Below, one piece after another: positions 17,501 to 24,496 of a stretch of 24,497 nucleotides of DNA (within the stretch, counting starts at the first letter, position 1; each line of letters opens with the position of its first letter). This stretch comes from a virus. Taxonomy: Duplodnaviria; Caudoviricetes. The stretch lies in the IMG/VR virus record IMGVR_UViG_3300017754_002516, positions 1-24,497 of that record; one strand, 5' to 3'. Made by a program: the position numbers and the translations under genes. The notes under the pieces were generated by a model that saw only the letters and a list, made by a program, of their open reading frames with translations, ran no database searches and was not told where the DNA came from.

Positions 17501-17579
17501 CTACAGTTGATACTACAGATACCGCAGCATCGCCTATGGTATTACCAATATCTTTGGCTGCTTCAACGACTACGGACAT
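14502..17579 (-). CDS. Large probable internal virion protein (1025 aa)
   Basis: Amphipathic Ala/Val N-terminus, acidic helical middle, Pro/Thr-rich region, C-terminal GEGGGQDDLIEARLADGEYV domain seen in phage virion proteins. Confidence 0.65.
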   Translation of the reverse strand: MSVVVEAAKDIGNTIGDAAVSVVSTVGNAVSDVGDWVVEEVIEPVAEVVEKTVEAAIDDPIGTAVKLAAASTGNPLLIAAANAGVAMAHGASPEDALKAAATGYVTGVVAQGVGDYVYESVSPTVSSSLSSTPNLANAVSNAAANVAAATVTGQDPLQALITSGANSAANTLAPQVPGYDTLSKPEQTALKTFISSELQGKDPSQALVNQALKAGANYVKNNLSTGNSNEGTSGSPDISATKEEKTPPPTYEELKKYYGGDIKDETLQEIAESGGSVDAYARQSLDAQSAADKAAEMGLSYEAQKAIKEEVLSQDVSLWADANASKYDANPLLDNAKYAQDMSLEQAKAEAAPGDISEVTSKWLMDQETKDTKLWIQDQADAAGIADDDSVKEILDKVDSGDLNAADAYNTFKEIKAESISEAIQDDPEKKAEYDKALQHAKDNGLTDPALANQWATDVVAGLKNYQDFDTIKSLPDIASDVEQQAKEKYNLNDEDAKAVAQRVLSGELNYNDALTVANNVSMSRELGYDSPDLVKDAPTMLDQGAELEVKALHFEADNGIVATTQAEKDALEVAKNDIRNGADAASVYRDYEAGNYAGMKVFTPSTDVGTNIPYVAPETLETPVEAPVEAPVETPLDTSLYPLDTTLAPVDYSLGSTGTQSLGIDPYTGTGLTAPSAITNVSDLVDINQPIDYSIYDPIQATDSGLGLTMPESPALKGMGGGQGLTTEVTDPTTGETGTLGQLGLTPEGAAPVLGDPKSFINDPEVTGSPILAVDPEYLVPLPVKTRTPIPLVTTTKFTKPASNLPTGSAVAASPSSASDGTQATPSWKASMLTPGGLSSTYDPNQNYSFQSVYNPQTLDITSTTPLQQINPAFQEQAIPEDIPMAPQQSTSGYYNYGVEKSPISFDAAPFYESSTPQVPHLKRGGGLSMVAPLIAQGGVPHKGSHYVEGEGGGQDDLIEARLADGEYVFDADIVSALGDGSNKEGAKKLDAMRESIRKHKRSAPVKSIPPKAKSPLAYLKGAK
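15678..15713. repeat. In-frame 12-bp tandem repeat x3 (encodes (T/A)PVE repeats)
   Basis: ttctactggagc ttctactggagc ttccactggagt. Confidence 0.8.
16860..16904 (-). repeat. Copy A of 45-bp segment encoding GNSNEGTSGSPDISA
   Basis: Codons ggt aac tca aat gaa gga acc tca ggt tct cca gac att tca gct. Confidence 0.9.
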
Positions 17580-17582
17580 GAT

Positions 17583-18017
17583 TTATCCTAAATTTAAAAC
17601 AATTCGTTTCCCACCGTTCGTGGTGTTATACTCTGAAAACCCCATATCAGGCATTGGAGGATTTTTAGAGATTACATGAAACAAAGTGCTAATTGCGGGG
17701 TCTTCAAACTCAGTAACTAAGACTTTTAAACCTAGCGACTGCTTTGCATAAATTACGTACTGTTTACTACTCTCTAGAAAATTTCTAGCGGTGTCTGCAT
17801 TTAGAGCCTTAAAAAAGGCTCTGTCTTCATCTACCCTGTGCAATACAAATATCGTATTACCTAGTTGTTTGACGTCTGTATTCGGTTGCGACATCTCTGC
17901 CATAATTGCAGGATATGCGAGTTTGGGAGGTATTTTGGATTTAGTATTTTTCAACGCAGCCATGATGATATCAGCTGTATTAAGAGTTTGCTTTGCGCTA
18001 TCGGTCATCTGTGACAT
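17583..18017 (-). CDS. Hypothetical protein, possible GNAT-like acyltransferase (P22 gp14/T7 gp13 position)
   Basis: 144 aa, GGAG RBS, 1 bp after the ketosynthase stop. The helix-helix-strands-helix-strand pattern and the position just before the ejection genes fit a GNAT-like protein, but the fold call is tentative. Confidence 0.5.
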   Translation of the reverse strand: MSQMTDSAKQTLNTADIIMAALKNTKSKIPPKLAYPAIMAEMSQPNTDVKQLGNTIFVLHRVDEDRAFFKALNADTARNFLESSKQYVIYAKQSLGLKVLVTEFEDPAISTLFHVISKNPPMPDMGFSEYNTTNGGKRIVLNLG

Positions 18018-18018
18018 A

Positions 18019-19134
18019 TCAAATCTCCATAGACAGCAAAGCTGCTGAATATACGTTACCCATACCTGCTGCTAGACTCAAGATCAAACCGCTAGGAGCT
18101 GACACGTCTTGAGATAAAAATCTAAAGTCTTCTTCAGTCCTGTTTTCAATCTTTGGTACAATGTTCTGCTTTAAGCTGTCGATAAGTAAACACGTCTCGA
18201 GCAAGCCGCTTGCCCCCATTGTGTGACCTATTTTAGCTTTGTATGACGTGGCGACAAAATCAGCAGATAATGCTTCTAGAGCAGCCCTTTCAGACTTGTT
18301 ATTGCTGATAGTTCCAGTACCGTGAGTTTTGACGATAGACACTCTATGCGGCTTCTCTCTAGCGACAGAGAACGCTCCATCCATCGCCCGCATAAATCCT
18401 TGTCCGTCTTCTCGTTGACCGATCGCGTTAGAGCATTCTTCACTCGCTGTGAAGGCTCCACGCAAAGAGGCGATTGGAGTGCTCTTGCCTGCGAAGGCTA
18501 CTTTTGGAGAATCAAACACCGCTAGAACCGCCCCTTGCCCGACGTAAAAACCGTGGTTCTTACTATCGAAAGCCGACGGTAGAATGCCTGTTTGCTCGTC
18601 TTTCCAAAGCAACGAAGCTTTCGCTTCACCGAAGAACTCCAACACCGAGTTGGATACTGCGTCCTCTAAAGACAAAACGATCACACGATCAAACCCGTAG
18701 AAGTTGATAAGCGTGTGGACGTCCATCAAAGCTTTCAGACTAGAGGCGCACGCACTCGCGTCAGTCACGATATGATCTGTAGCCCCCAACGCCTGAGCTG
18801 TTCTACCTGCGTACACCTGAGTAAGCGTGAAAGGCAAGAATTTGTACTCATAAGTCAACTGCGTAGGCGGTTTTACTCTTGGACCTATACCTGCAAAATG
18901 AGAATTACCTGCTGCAAGTATGAAAGCGGTTTTACCTACTTTATTCTCTCTGAGTTGAGTAACCAGCTCAGGGTCTAAGACTTTTTCAGCTAACCGATGT
19001 GGGGCATAGAACATGCCTGTTGATGCGCGTTTGTACGTGTCTGGAAACCAGTGTACTTTCTGTGGAAAGATGATATCATCTAAAAGTTCCACATGATTAG
19101 AGTAGGCGGTACGGTAATTTGTCAAATAAATCAT
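18019..19134 (-). CDS. Beta-ketoacyl-ACP synthase (FabF/FabB-like ketosynthase)
   Basis: ASAC*ASS (Cys 18748-18750), AFDSKNHGFYVGQGA, KTH*GTGT (His 18322-18324), SYKAKIGH*TMGASG (His 18223-18225), AAGMGN. ATG at 19134 overlaps the ACP stop (ATGA) and follows GGAGG. Confidence 0.92.
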   Translation of the reverse strand: MIYLTNYRTAYSNHVELLDDIIFPQKVHWFPDTYKRASTGMFYAPHRLAEKVLDPELVTQLRENKVGKTAFILAAGNSHFAGIGPRVKPPTQLTYEYKFLPFTLTQVYAGRTAQALGATDHIVTDASACASSLKALMDVHTLINFYGFDRVIVLSLEDAVSNSVLEFFGEAKASLLWKDEQTGILPSAFDSKNHGFYVGQGAVLAVFDSPKVAFAGKSTPIASLRGAFTASEECSNAIGQREDGQGFMRAMDGAFSVAREKPHRVSIVKTHGTGTISNNKSERAALEALSADFVATSYKAKIGHTMGASGLLETCLLIDSLKQNIVPKIENRTEEDFRFLSQDVSAPSGLILSLAAGMGNVYSAALLSMEI

Positions 19135-19415
19135 TTGATTACCTCCATCGCCCACTCCATAGACTCTGGATCCCGCTTCTTATGCTGTTGGATCAAGTCG
19201 TACATCTCTTGCATCGTTTCTGCGTGCATCTCTTTGGCGATCTCGTCATCTATGTCATAGATTTCAGACATGTACATGACGATCATGAGCATATCTAAAG
19301 AGTCAAAACACGACTCGACAAACTTGTCCTCCATGGACGTGACGGGTACAAATTCGTGATGAGCTGGGCGAGCCGCCCTACCTACTTTGTTGAAAAGTTC
19401 TATGTAGTCTATCAT
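19131..19415 (-). CDS. Acyl carrier protein
   Basis: 94 aa, acidic; FDS*LDMLMIVMYMSEIYDI phosphopantetheine motif (Ser39, 19299-19301), then IDDE and TMQE as in ACP helices III/IV. Confidence 0.88.
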   Translation of the reverse strand: MIDYIELFNKVGRAARPAHHEFVPVTSMEDKFVESCFDSLDMLMIVMYMSEIYDIDDEIAKEMHAETMQEMYDLIQQHKKRDPESMEWAMEVIK

Positions 19416-19416
19416 A

Positions 19417-19671
19417 TCAGTTCTCGATGTTAGGATTTACTGCGTTTACAAGTTGCGAAGCCCAGTCTTGCCAGTTGTCAAAACCTGTCGCGTCAGGAGC
19501 GGCTTCATTTGTAAACACGTCAATTGCTTTTAAACCATTAGCCCAGTCTTTCCACTCAGCTTCAGGTCCTGGAATCGCCAAGCTTTGCGTTGAGTATAGT
19601 TCACACATGAGACAAGCCCACGAGTCCCACGTGTGGTACCTAGGGTCATATACAAGCGCAACATTTGTCAA
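19417..19671 (-). CDS. Small Trp-rich hypothetical virion-module protein
   Basis: TTG start overlapping the upstream TGA; repeated WxxWA motif (WDSWA, WKDWA, WQDWA). Confidence 0.7.
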   Translation of the reverse strand: MTNVALVYDPRYHTWDSWACLMCELYSTQSLAIPGPEAEWKDWANGLKAIDVFTNEAAPDATGFDNWQDWASQLVNAVNPNIEN

Positions 19672-21872
19672 GGTCTTACATCTCCGATGTCAGCGTTCAG
19701 TATAATTTTACCTGTTTGGTAGTCACCCCCTTGAGTATTACTGATGAATCGTAACCGCATCTCTCTTCGTTGCTCACGCATATCAATCTTACCTGTATCA
19801 GGACTGAACACGTAAGGCTCGCTCTCAGTATCTTCATTTTGCGCAAAAGGTCTGCCGGTAACTATACAGGACATATCGCCCGATTGTATAAAATCTGGCT
19901 CTATACGCTCCAAGCGCAACCATACGTTATCTCCAACCATACTAGGCTGAGACGGACCGCCTGACACCAAGCCGATATCGTTTGTCTCAAAGAAACTCTC
20001 TATCGCTGAAATACTTTGGTTTTCCACCGCATCAACGCCGATCTCGTGTTGCCACATGCCGATCAAACCTTCTTGCGTATAGAACGATAGCGTCTCAGTT
20101 CCGCTGCCTGTAGCCGCAAGGGACAAGTGCAGAGTCATAGCCCAGATCGTAGCTACGGGAGTTGAGAAACCAGCTCCAGTGCCGCCTATACTTGCTGAGG
20201 CTGCGCTCAAAGTGCCGCCTACAAGATAACCATAACCAGGAAACGTAATCGTTACCGATGTGACCGCGCCTCCGCTGACAACGATCGTGGCTAGAGCACC
20301 GAAGCCCCCGCCCCCTGTCAATGCTACGTTCGTATATGTACCGTTTGTGTAAGAAGAACCGCCAGTTATAGTGCCGTATGTGGCAAGCCCTGAGGTAGTG
20401 ATCTGATTAAGCAGCGTGCCTGTAGCGATGTTTGTACCAGACACGACAAGGGTTGTATAGAGTAACGGATCATAAGTGCTGGAGTTTATCAATACGCTAC
20501 CGCTAACAGTCGTCAAAGATGAGGTTGTTACTAAGTCTGCAGTTGAAGTTTCCCACGAAGCCATCACTGGATAATGGAACACTTGAGAGTAAAAACCCGC
20601 TGAGCGACGAGCTCCAATAGCTGTACCCGCATCATACCAACACTGCTCACGAACGTTGTATATGATCGCGTCATTACACTCTTCAGAGTCACCGCTTGGA
20701 AAGTACCACCATATCTCGCCCCAGCGAGGCACTTTTGTTACCCATACTTTTTGACGCTGAGCATAATTCAGGTTGTCAAAAAAGTAGTTCATATTGAAAT
20801 TGTTCGGTATCTCTTTTACAACACCGTTGTACATCAAAAAACAGTCTACGCCGCACCAGTAATAGATACCTCCGTACTCTATCGCTGATTGGCTAGACAG
20901 TATAGATGACTGGCTGGTTATGATGTCGTACCGCCAATATTGAGCAGGTGTACCTACACCGCCAATGAACGATACGCGGATAAGCGAGTCAAGGCTCCAA
21001 AACAACCCTGAGGGTGCGTTTGATCCGCCCCGAACTGGCAATCCTTGTACGACCTTTGTCGTGGATACGTTGGTTTCGTTTGCATCAGCCGACACCCAGT
21101 CAGTCAAGTCGTTAGCTGAGCAGTTCTTGATGAGCCCATTGTCGCCATACACAAACAGGTAAGGATGCAACGATACGCAGCCGCCTGATACTGAGACTTG
21201 ATTATCAAAAGTAATCGTAGCGGTGTTTGCGTTTGTAGTCACAGGAGATATATTTACAGTAGTTGATGATACTGAAGTTACAACCGTGCCTGGAGCTATA
21301 CCGTCACCGCTAACGATCTGCCCTGCCCCTATTCTAAAGTCTGATGCTGGAAGTGTGAAGCTAGAAGCTCCGCTGGCTTTGGTGCAACCCGCGATGCTGA
21401 ACACGCCTACTGCGCTCATTGTTGAGCCTGTAATCGACCCGGACAATACTGGAGTGTTGGTAGTACTATCAATATTCTGCAGGTTCTGTCCTGGGTGCGC
21501 GACGATTGTGCCCACGCCTCCAGTTGCGTTATAAAAACCGTCAAACTGCCACAAGTTCAGATCAGAAGCGGTAAAGTTGCTGAGCGTAAAATCTATCGCT
21601 CCCGCGCCTAATCCGTTGTTGTCGATAGTCAGAACTTGCAGACCGTCATTGTACCCGCTAAAAACTCTGTTTACACCGTCATTTGGGTTCATCCAGATGC
21701 CGCGAGAAGGACCTTGTAAAGTGTCTGCTATTAATCTGTATCCCAGCATTTTGCGAGGGCGTCCGCGCTGAAACCGAACCCAACGTCCAGCAGTATAGAA
21801 ATCCACATCGAACAAAGTTCCATCCCGTTGGATTCCTGGTTTTGTGTCTAGGGCAAAGACTTTTGCGGTCAA
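19668..21872 (-). CDS. P22 gp10-like head-closure / tail hub (packaged DNA stabilisation) protein
   Basis: WVRFQRGRPRK, YYWCGVDCFLMYNGVVKEIP, WGEIWWYFP...CNDAIIYNVREQCWY, C-terminal IDMR..RREMRLRF; position after the adaptor and fibre genes; TTG start with GGAGG. Confidence 0.7.
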   Translation of the reverse strand: MTAKVFALDTKPGIQRDGTLFDVDFYTAGRWVRFQRGRPRKMLGYRLIADTLQGPSRGIWMNPNDGVNRVFSGYNDGLQVLTIDNNGLGAGAIDFTLSNFTASDLNLWQFDGFYNATGGVGTIVAHPGQNLQNIDSTTNTPVLSGSITGSTMSAVGVFSIAGCTKASGASSFTLPASDFRIGAGQIVSGDGIAPGTVVTSVSSTTVNISPVTTNANTATITFDNQVSVSGGCVSLHPYLFVYGDNGLIKNCSANDLTDWVSADANETNVSTTKVVQGLPVRGGSNAPSGLFWSLDSLIRVSFIGGVGTPAQYWRYDIITSQSSILSSQSAIEYGGIYYWCGVDCFLMYNGVVKEIPNNFNMNYFFDNLNYAQRQKVWVTKVPRWGEIWWYFPSGDSEECNDAIIYNVREQCWYDAGTAIGARRSAGFYSQVFHYPVMASWETSTADLVTTSSLTTVSGSVLINSSTYDPLLYTTLVVSGTNIATGTLLNQITTSGLATYGTITGGSSYTNGTYTNVALTGGGGFGALATIVVSGGAVTSVTITFPGYGYLVGGTLSAASASIGGTGAGFSTPVATIWAMTLHLSLAATGSGTETLSFYTQEGLIGMWQHEIGVDAVENQSISAIESFFETNDIGLVSGGPSQPSMVGDNVWLRLERIEPDFIQSGDMSCIVTGRPFAQNEDTESEPYVFSPDTGKIDMREQRREMRLRFISNTQGGDYQTGKIILNADIGDVRP

Positions 21873-23095
21873 AACGTGCCTCCCGATATACCGTTCGGAA
21901 CAGCCAACCCTGTGGCTGATACTGTTAGCGCATTAACCCCTAAGACAGAGATACCGAATTGTCCGGATCCTGGTCTGTAAACACCTGTTGTAGTTTCAGC
22001 AGAGAAGTACAGAGAAGGCGCAGGAGCTGAGCCGTCTACAAGACTCAACGCAGCCAAACCTGCAAAAATCGTGTTTGCGTTCACTAAGCTTGCTGAGTCA
22101 CAAATCAGGGTTGACTGCGTGTTTGCGCTCAACACCGCATTTGTACCGCCAGAAACTCCAGTAGATAGTGTAACTGTGTAGTTGCTAACTCCACCCACGG
22201 TAGCGTTCTGTACATAGTAAACCTGAACCGTTGGAGGTACGATTACTGTAACATTACCTGTTAAAGTTCCTGTGAACTTTTGAATCACGTTTGCCGCTTC
22301 AGAACTGGTCAACGTATAAGTTCCAGAAGTGACGGCTTTTGTCAACAGCGTGAAGTTGAACTGTGAAGGTTGCCCCAAGCCGACGGTATAGAACGCGGTG
22401 CCTGAGCAGCAAATTACACACGAGTCTGAAGGCTGCAAAGTTAACGTAGCGGAGCCGTTGATAACTGCTCCACCAGAACACGTAATAGTTAAAGTTCCGG
22501 TACCAGCGTTTCTAACTGAGAAAAAGAACTTGTTGGTCAGCGTAGCCGCGCTATCCATAGTCACTGTAGCTGTGCCGCCTGTGAACACGTACAATTTTGC
22601 CCACTGAGCTGTACTAGCTGTAAAGTCAGAAGTGAACGTAGTTACTTCCTGCGCTTGATTCAGCGTTGAGCTTATAGCGACTAAACCATAACCAGCCAGA
22701 GTAGCTGCGTCAGCCCCTGAGGAACCTATACCAAAAGCGATGATGCCCCAAGTGCCAGTGACAGTCGGGTTGGCTGTTATATAGATATACCGAGCTTCAC
22801 CTGCTGGTATAGAAACGATGGTGTTTGCGCCAGCGTAATCTTTGACCGTAAAAGTAGTCGCGCCAAGGTTGCGAATCATCGCATCTTGACCTACAGACGC
22901 TTGATTTGCTGGAGGCATGTACAGTGACAGACCAGCAGAAGAGGCAGTAACCTCCATGATGCGAGCAGCGTAGTTATCTGTGGCGCTGCCGTTGATCGGC
23001 CACTCCAACTGAGTGTTTGCTGCAAGTGTAATCGCTCGGTATGATACGTCCGTAGGTTGAACGACGTTACCGGTAAAGGGACTGTTAAAGCTCAT
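21869..23095 (-). CDS. Tail fibre-like structural protein
   Basis: Thr/Ser/Gly/Ala-rich beta repeats (three xNxx-T-T-T units) and a C-terminal DGSAPAPSLYFSAETTTGVYRPGSGQ fibre motif. Confidence 0.65.
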   Translation of the reverse strand: MSFNSPFTGNVVQPTDVSYRAITLAANTQLEWPINGSATDNYAARIMEVTASSAGLSLYMPPANQASVGQDAMIRNLGATTFTVKDYAGANTIVSIPAGEARYIYITANPTVTGTWGIIAFGIGSSGADAATLAGYGLVAISSTLNQAQEVTTFTSDFTASTAQWAKLYVFTGGTATVTMDSAATLTNKFFFSVRNAGTGTLTITCSGGAVINGSATLTLQPSDSCVICCSGTAFYTVGLGQPSQFNFTLLTKAVTSGTYTLTSSEAANVIQKFTGTLTGNVTVIVPPTVQVYYVQNATVGGVSNYTVTLSTGVSGGTNAVLSANTQSTLICDSASLVNANTIFAGLAALSLVDGSAPAPSLYFSAETTTGVYRPGSGQFGISVLGVNALTVSATGLAVPNGISGGTF

Positions 23096-23727
23096 GAATC
23101 CACCGCCATTGCTTGACGATCGGCTATCCTAACGACGTCTTCATTTTTGAGGGCGGTCAAGATTAGATCGTATTGTTGTTGCCACATCACCGCTCTAGCA
23201 TCGTTCTTCAGGAACGGCATAGCTTGCAGCAATGATCCGTACAGTAGGGCTTGAGGCGCATACTGTGTAAACCAATTTGATTGATTAGACGAGTCTAGAG
23301 GCTGAGGACGCTCATAATACAACACCTCAAACTCATACGCCGCATCAGGGGTAGGACCTACAAACCAGTGCGTGTAGTCATAGTCAGCGTAGAACTTAGG
23401 AACATCTGTCAGGTCTGGATCTGGCCAGTACTCTCTAATATACTCATACTTTCTAAGTAGTACGGGTTGACGCTGACCCGCTACGGTAATATTCATAGAC
23501 ACTGTTTTACGCCAGCGGGCAGGCTTATCTATTGTAGTTTGTCCAGGCACCATAGTGCTTGTGTTTACGATAAGATTACCAAGCAGCTTCAACTGTGCGG
23601 TTAAAACCTGCTCCGCGAGCATAATAAACGTGGGTATCTTAGCGACTGTAGCTGTGTCGTTACGCTCCAGATATGACTGGATGTCCGCTACAAGCGAGTC
23701 GTACGTCATCATCGCAGCTGTAGTCAT
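23092..23727 (-). CDS. Head-tail adaptor (P22 gp4 / T7 gp11-like)
   Basis: TYDSLVADIQSYLERND...IPTFIMLAE, GPTPDAAY, NWF..YAPQALLYGSLLQAMPFLKND. Confidence 0.75.
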   Translation of the reverse strand: MTTAAMMTYDSLVADIQSYLERNDTATVAKIPTFIMLAEQVLTAQLKLLGNLIVNTSTMVPGQTTIDKPARWRKTVSMNITVAGQRQPVLLRKYEYIREYWPDPDLTDVPKFYADYDYTHWFVGPTPDAAYEFEVLYYERPQPLDSSNQSNWFTQYAPQALLYGSLLQAMPFLKNDARAVMWQQQYDLILTALKNEDVVRIADRQAMAVDS

Positions 23728-23760
23728 CGCTTAGTTCTCCAGTGTTTAAGTACGGGTCTC

Positions 23761-23766
23761 ATTATA
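23761..23766 (-). promoter_or_regulatory. Possible -10 box (TATAAT) upstream of the adaptor gene
   Basis: Perfect TATAAT on the - strand in the 47-bp intergenic gap, preceded by GAGT and a small GGCGT-A-ACGCC hairpin; no properly spaced -35. Confidence 0.3.
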
Positions 23767-23774
23767 ACTCGGCG

Positions 23775-24242
23775 TTACGCCACCAGTCCCGGCAAATAAG
23801 TTGTTTTACCTGCTACTTTTGTAGCTGTCAACTCTTGCTTCTTCAGGTTGTTCGGGTCATAGCTGACATGAACCCAGCCGCTATCTGGAATCCCAGGAGT
23901 ATAGAACTCGAGGATCAGCTGAGTGTAATCCAAGTTATCCATAATCCACTGTGCAAGGTCTGCATTGGCGACTCCAGGTATTTCAATATCTGCCGCCATA
24001 CCCTTGCAGTGGTCGCTAGTTTTAGAGCCTCCAACCGCGGAGTTGGACTCAGGCGAGCGGTAAGCGGAGTTAACCTTCACCCCTTTACCATAGTGCTCAC
24101 GGATGGGTTGTAAAACCTGCTCACAGAGGGTACGAAGGTTTTCCGTAGCCTCATCATCAGGAGTGTTGTCCAAACCCATACGTAGGGCTGTTTCGGATTT
24201 ACACATTTCGTGCAAAGAAAAATTGGCGGTGAGTTGCATCAT
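23775..24242 (-). CDS. Endolysin, peptidase M15 family
   Basis: LTANFSLHE, NSAYRS..N..VGGSKTSDH..GMAADI, WVHVS zinc ligands; AGGAG RBS; adjacent to the spanins. Confidence 0.9.
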   Translation of the reverse strand: MMQLTANFSLHEMCKSETALRMGLDNTPDDEATENLRTLCEQVLQPIREHYGKGVKVNSAYRSPESNSAVGGSKTSDHCKGMAADIEIPGVANADLAQWIMDNLDYTQLILEFYTPGIPDSGWVHVSYDPNNLKKQELTATKVAGKTTYLPGLVA

Positions 24243-24496
24243 TTACTCCTTAGGGTTTGATATACTTGATTGTACGCGTCTATGCACGCGTTCAGTTGGC
24301 GGATGGCTTTGTCTCCGTCGTCTGTGATGGCGACAAGATTTTGAGCAGTCGTTGGGTCAAGTTCGGCTCCTGCTTGAACGCTATCTCCGGTGGCAGGGGC
24401 GGGATCTCCGGTGGTTTGTACGGGGCAGACGGTTTTTGTAGGAAGCCGCAGCTTGAGAGCACCAGAAGCGATAGCAGCGTCCCGCTCTTTTGCAAT
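24239..24496 (-). CDS. Rz: i-spanin (Rz-like), C-terminal part; not in the supplied ORF track
   Basis: Manual translation: IAKERDAAIASGALKLRLPTKTVCP...AELDPTTAQNLVAITDDGDKAIRQLNACIDAYNQVYQTLRSK*. The stop overlaps the endolysin ATG. Confidence 0.85.
   Translation of the reverse strand: MAKERDAAIASGALKLRLPTKTVCPVQTTGDPAPATGDSVQAGAELDPTTAQNLVAITDDGDKAIRQLNACIDAYNQVYQTLRSK
24292..24495 (-). CDS. Rz1: o-spanin lipoprotein (Rz1-like) embedded in Rz
   Basis: Lipobox LLSLLVLSSC followed by Pro-rich PYKPPEIPPLPPE, in a shifted frame inside Rz; the true start may lie just outside the window. Confidence 0.8.
   Translation of the reverse strand: MQKSGTLLSLLVLSSCGFLQKPSAPYKPPEIPPLPPEIAFKQEPNLTQRLLKILSPSQTTETKPSAN

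Noticed and set aside
18019-19415. Host chromosomal fab genes or an assembly chimera
   Set aside because: The genes are coupled to phage genes on both sides with 1-bp gaps and RBSs, are strongly diverged from typical FabF/AcpP, and lack fabG/fabD neighbours.
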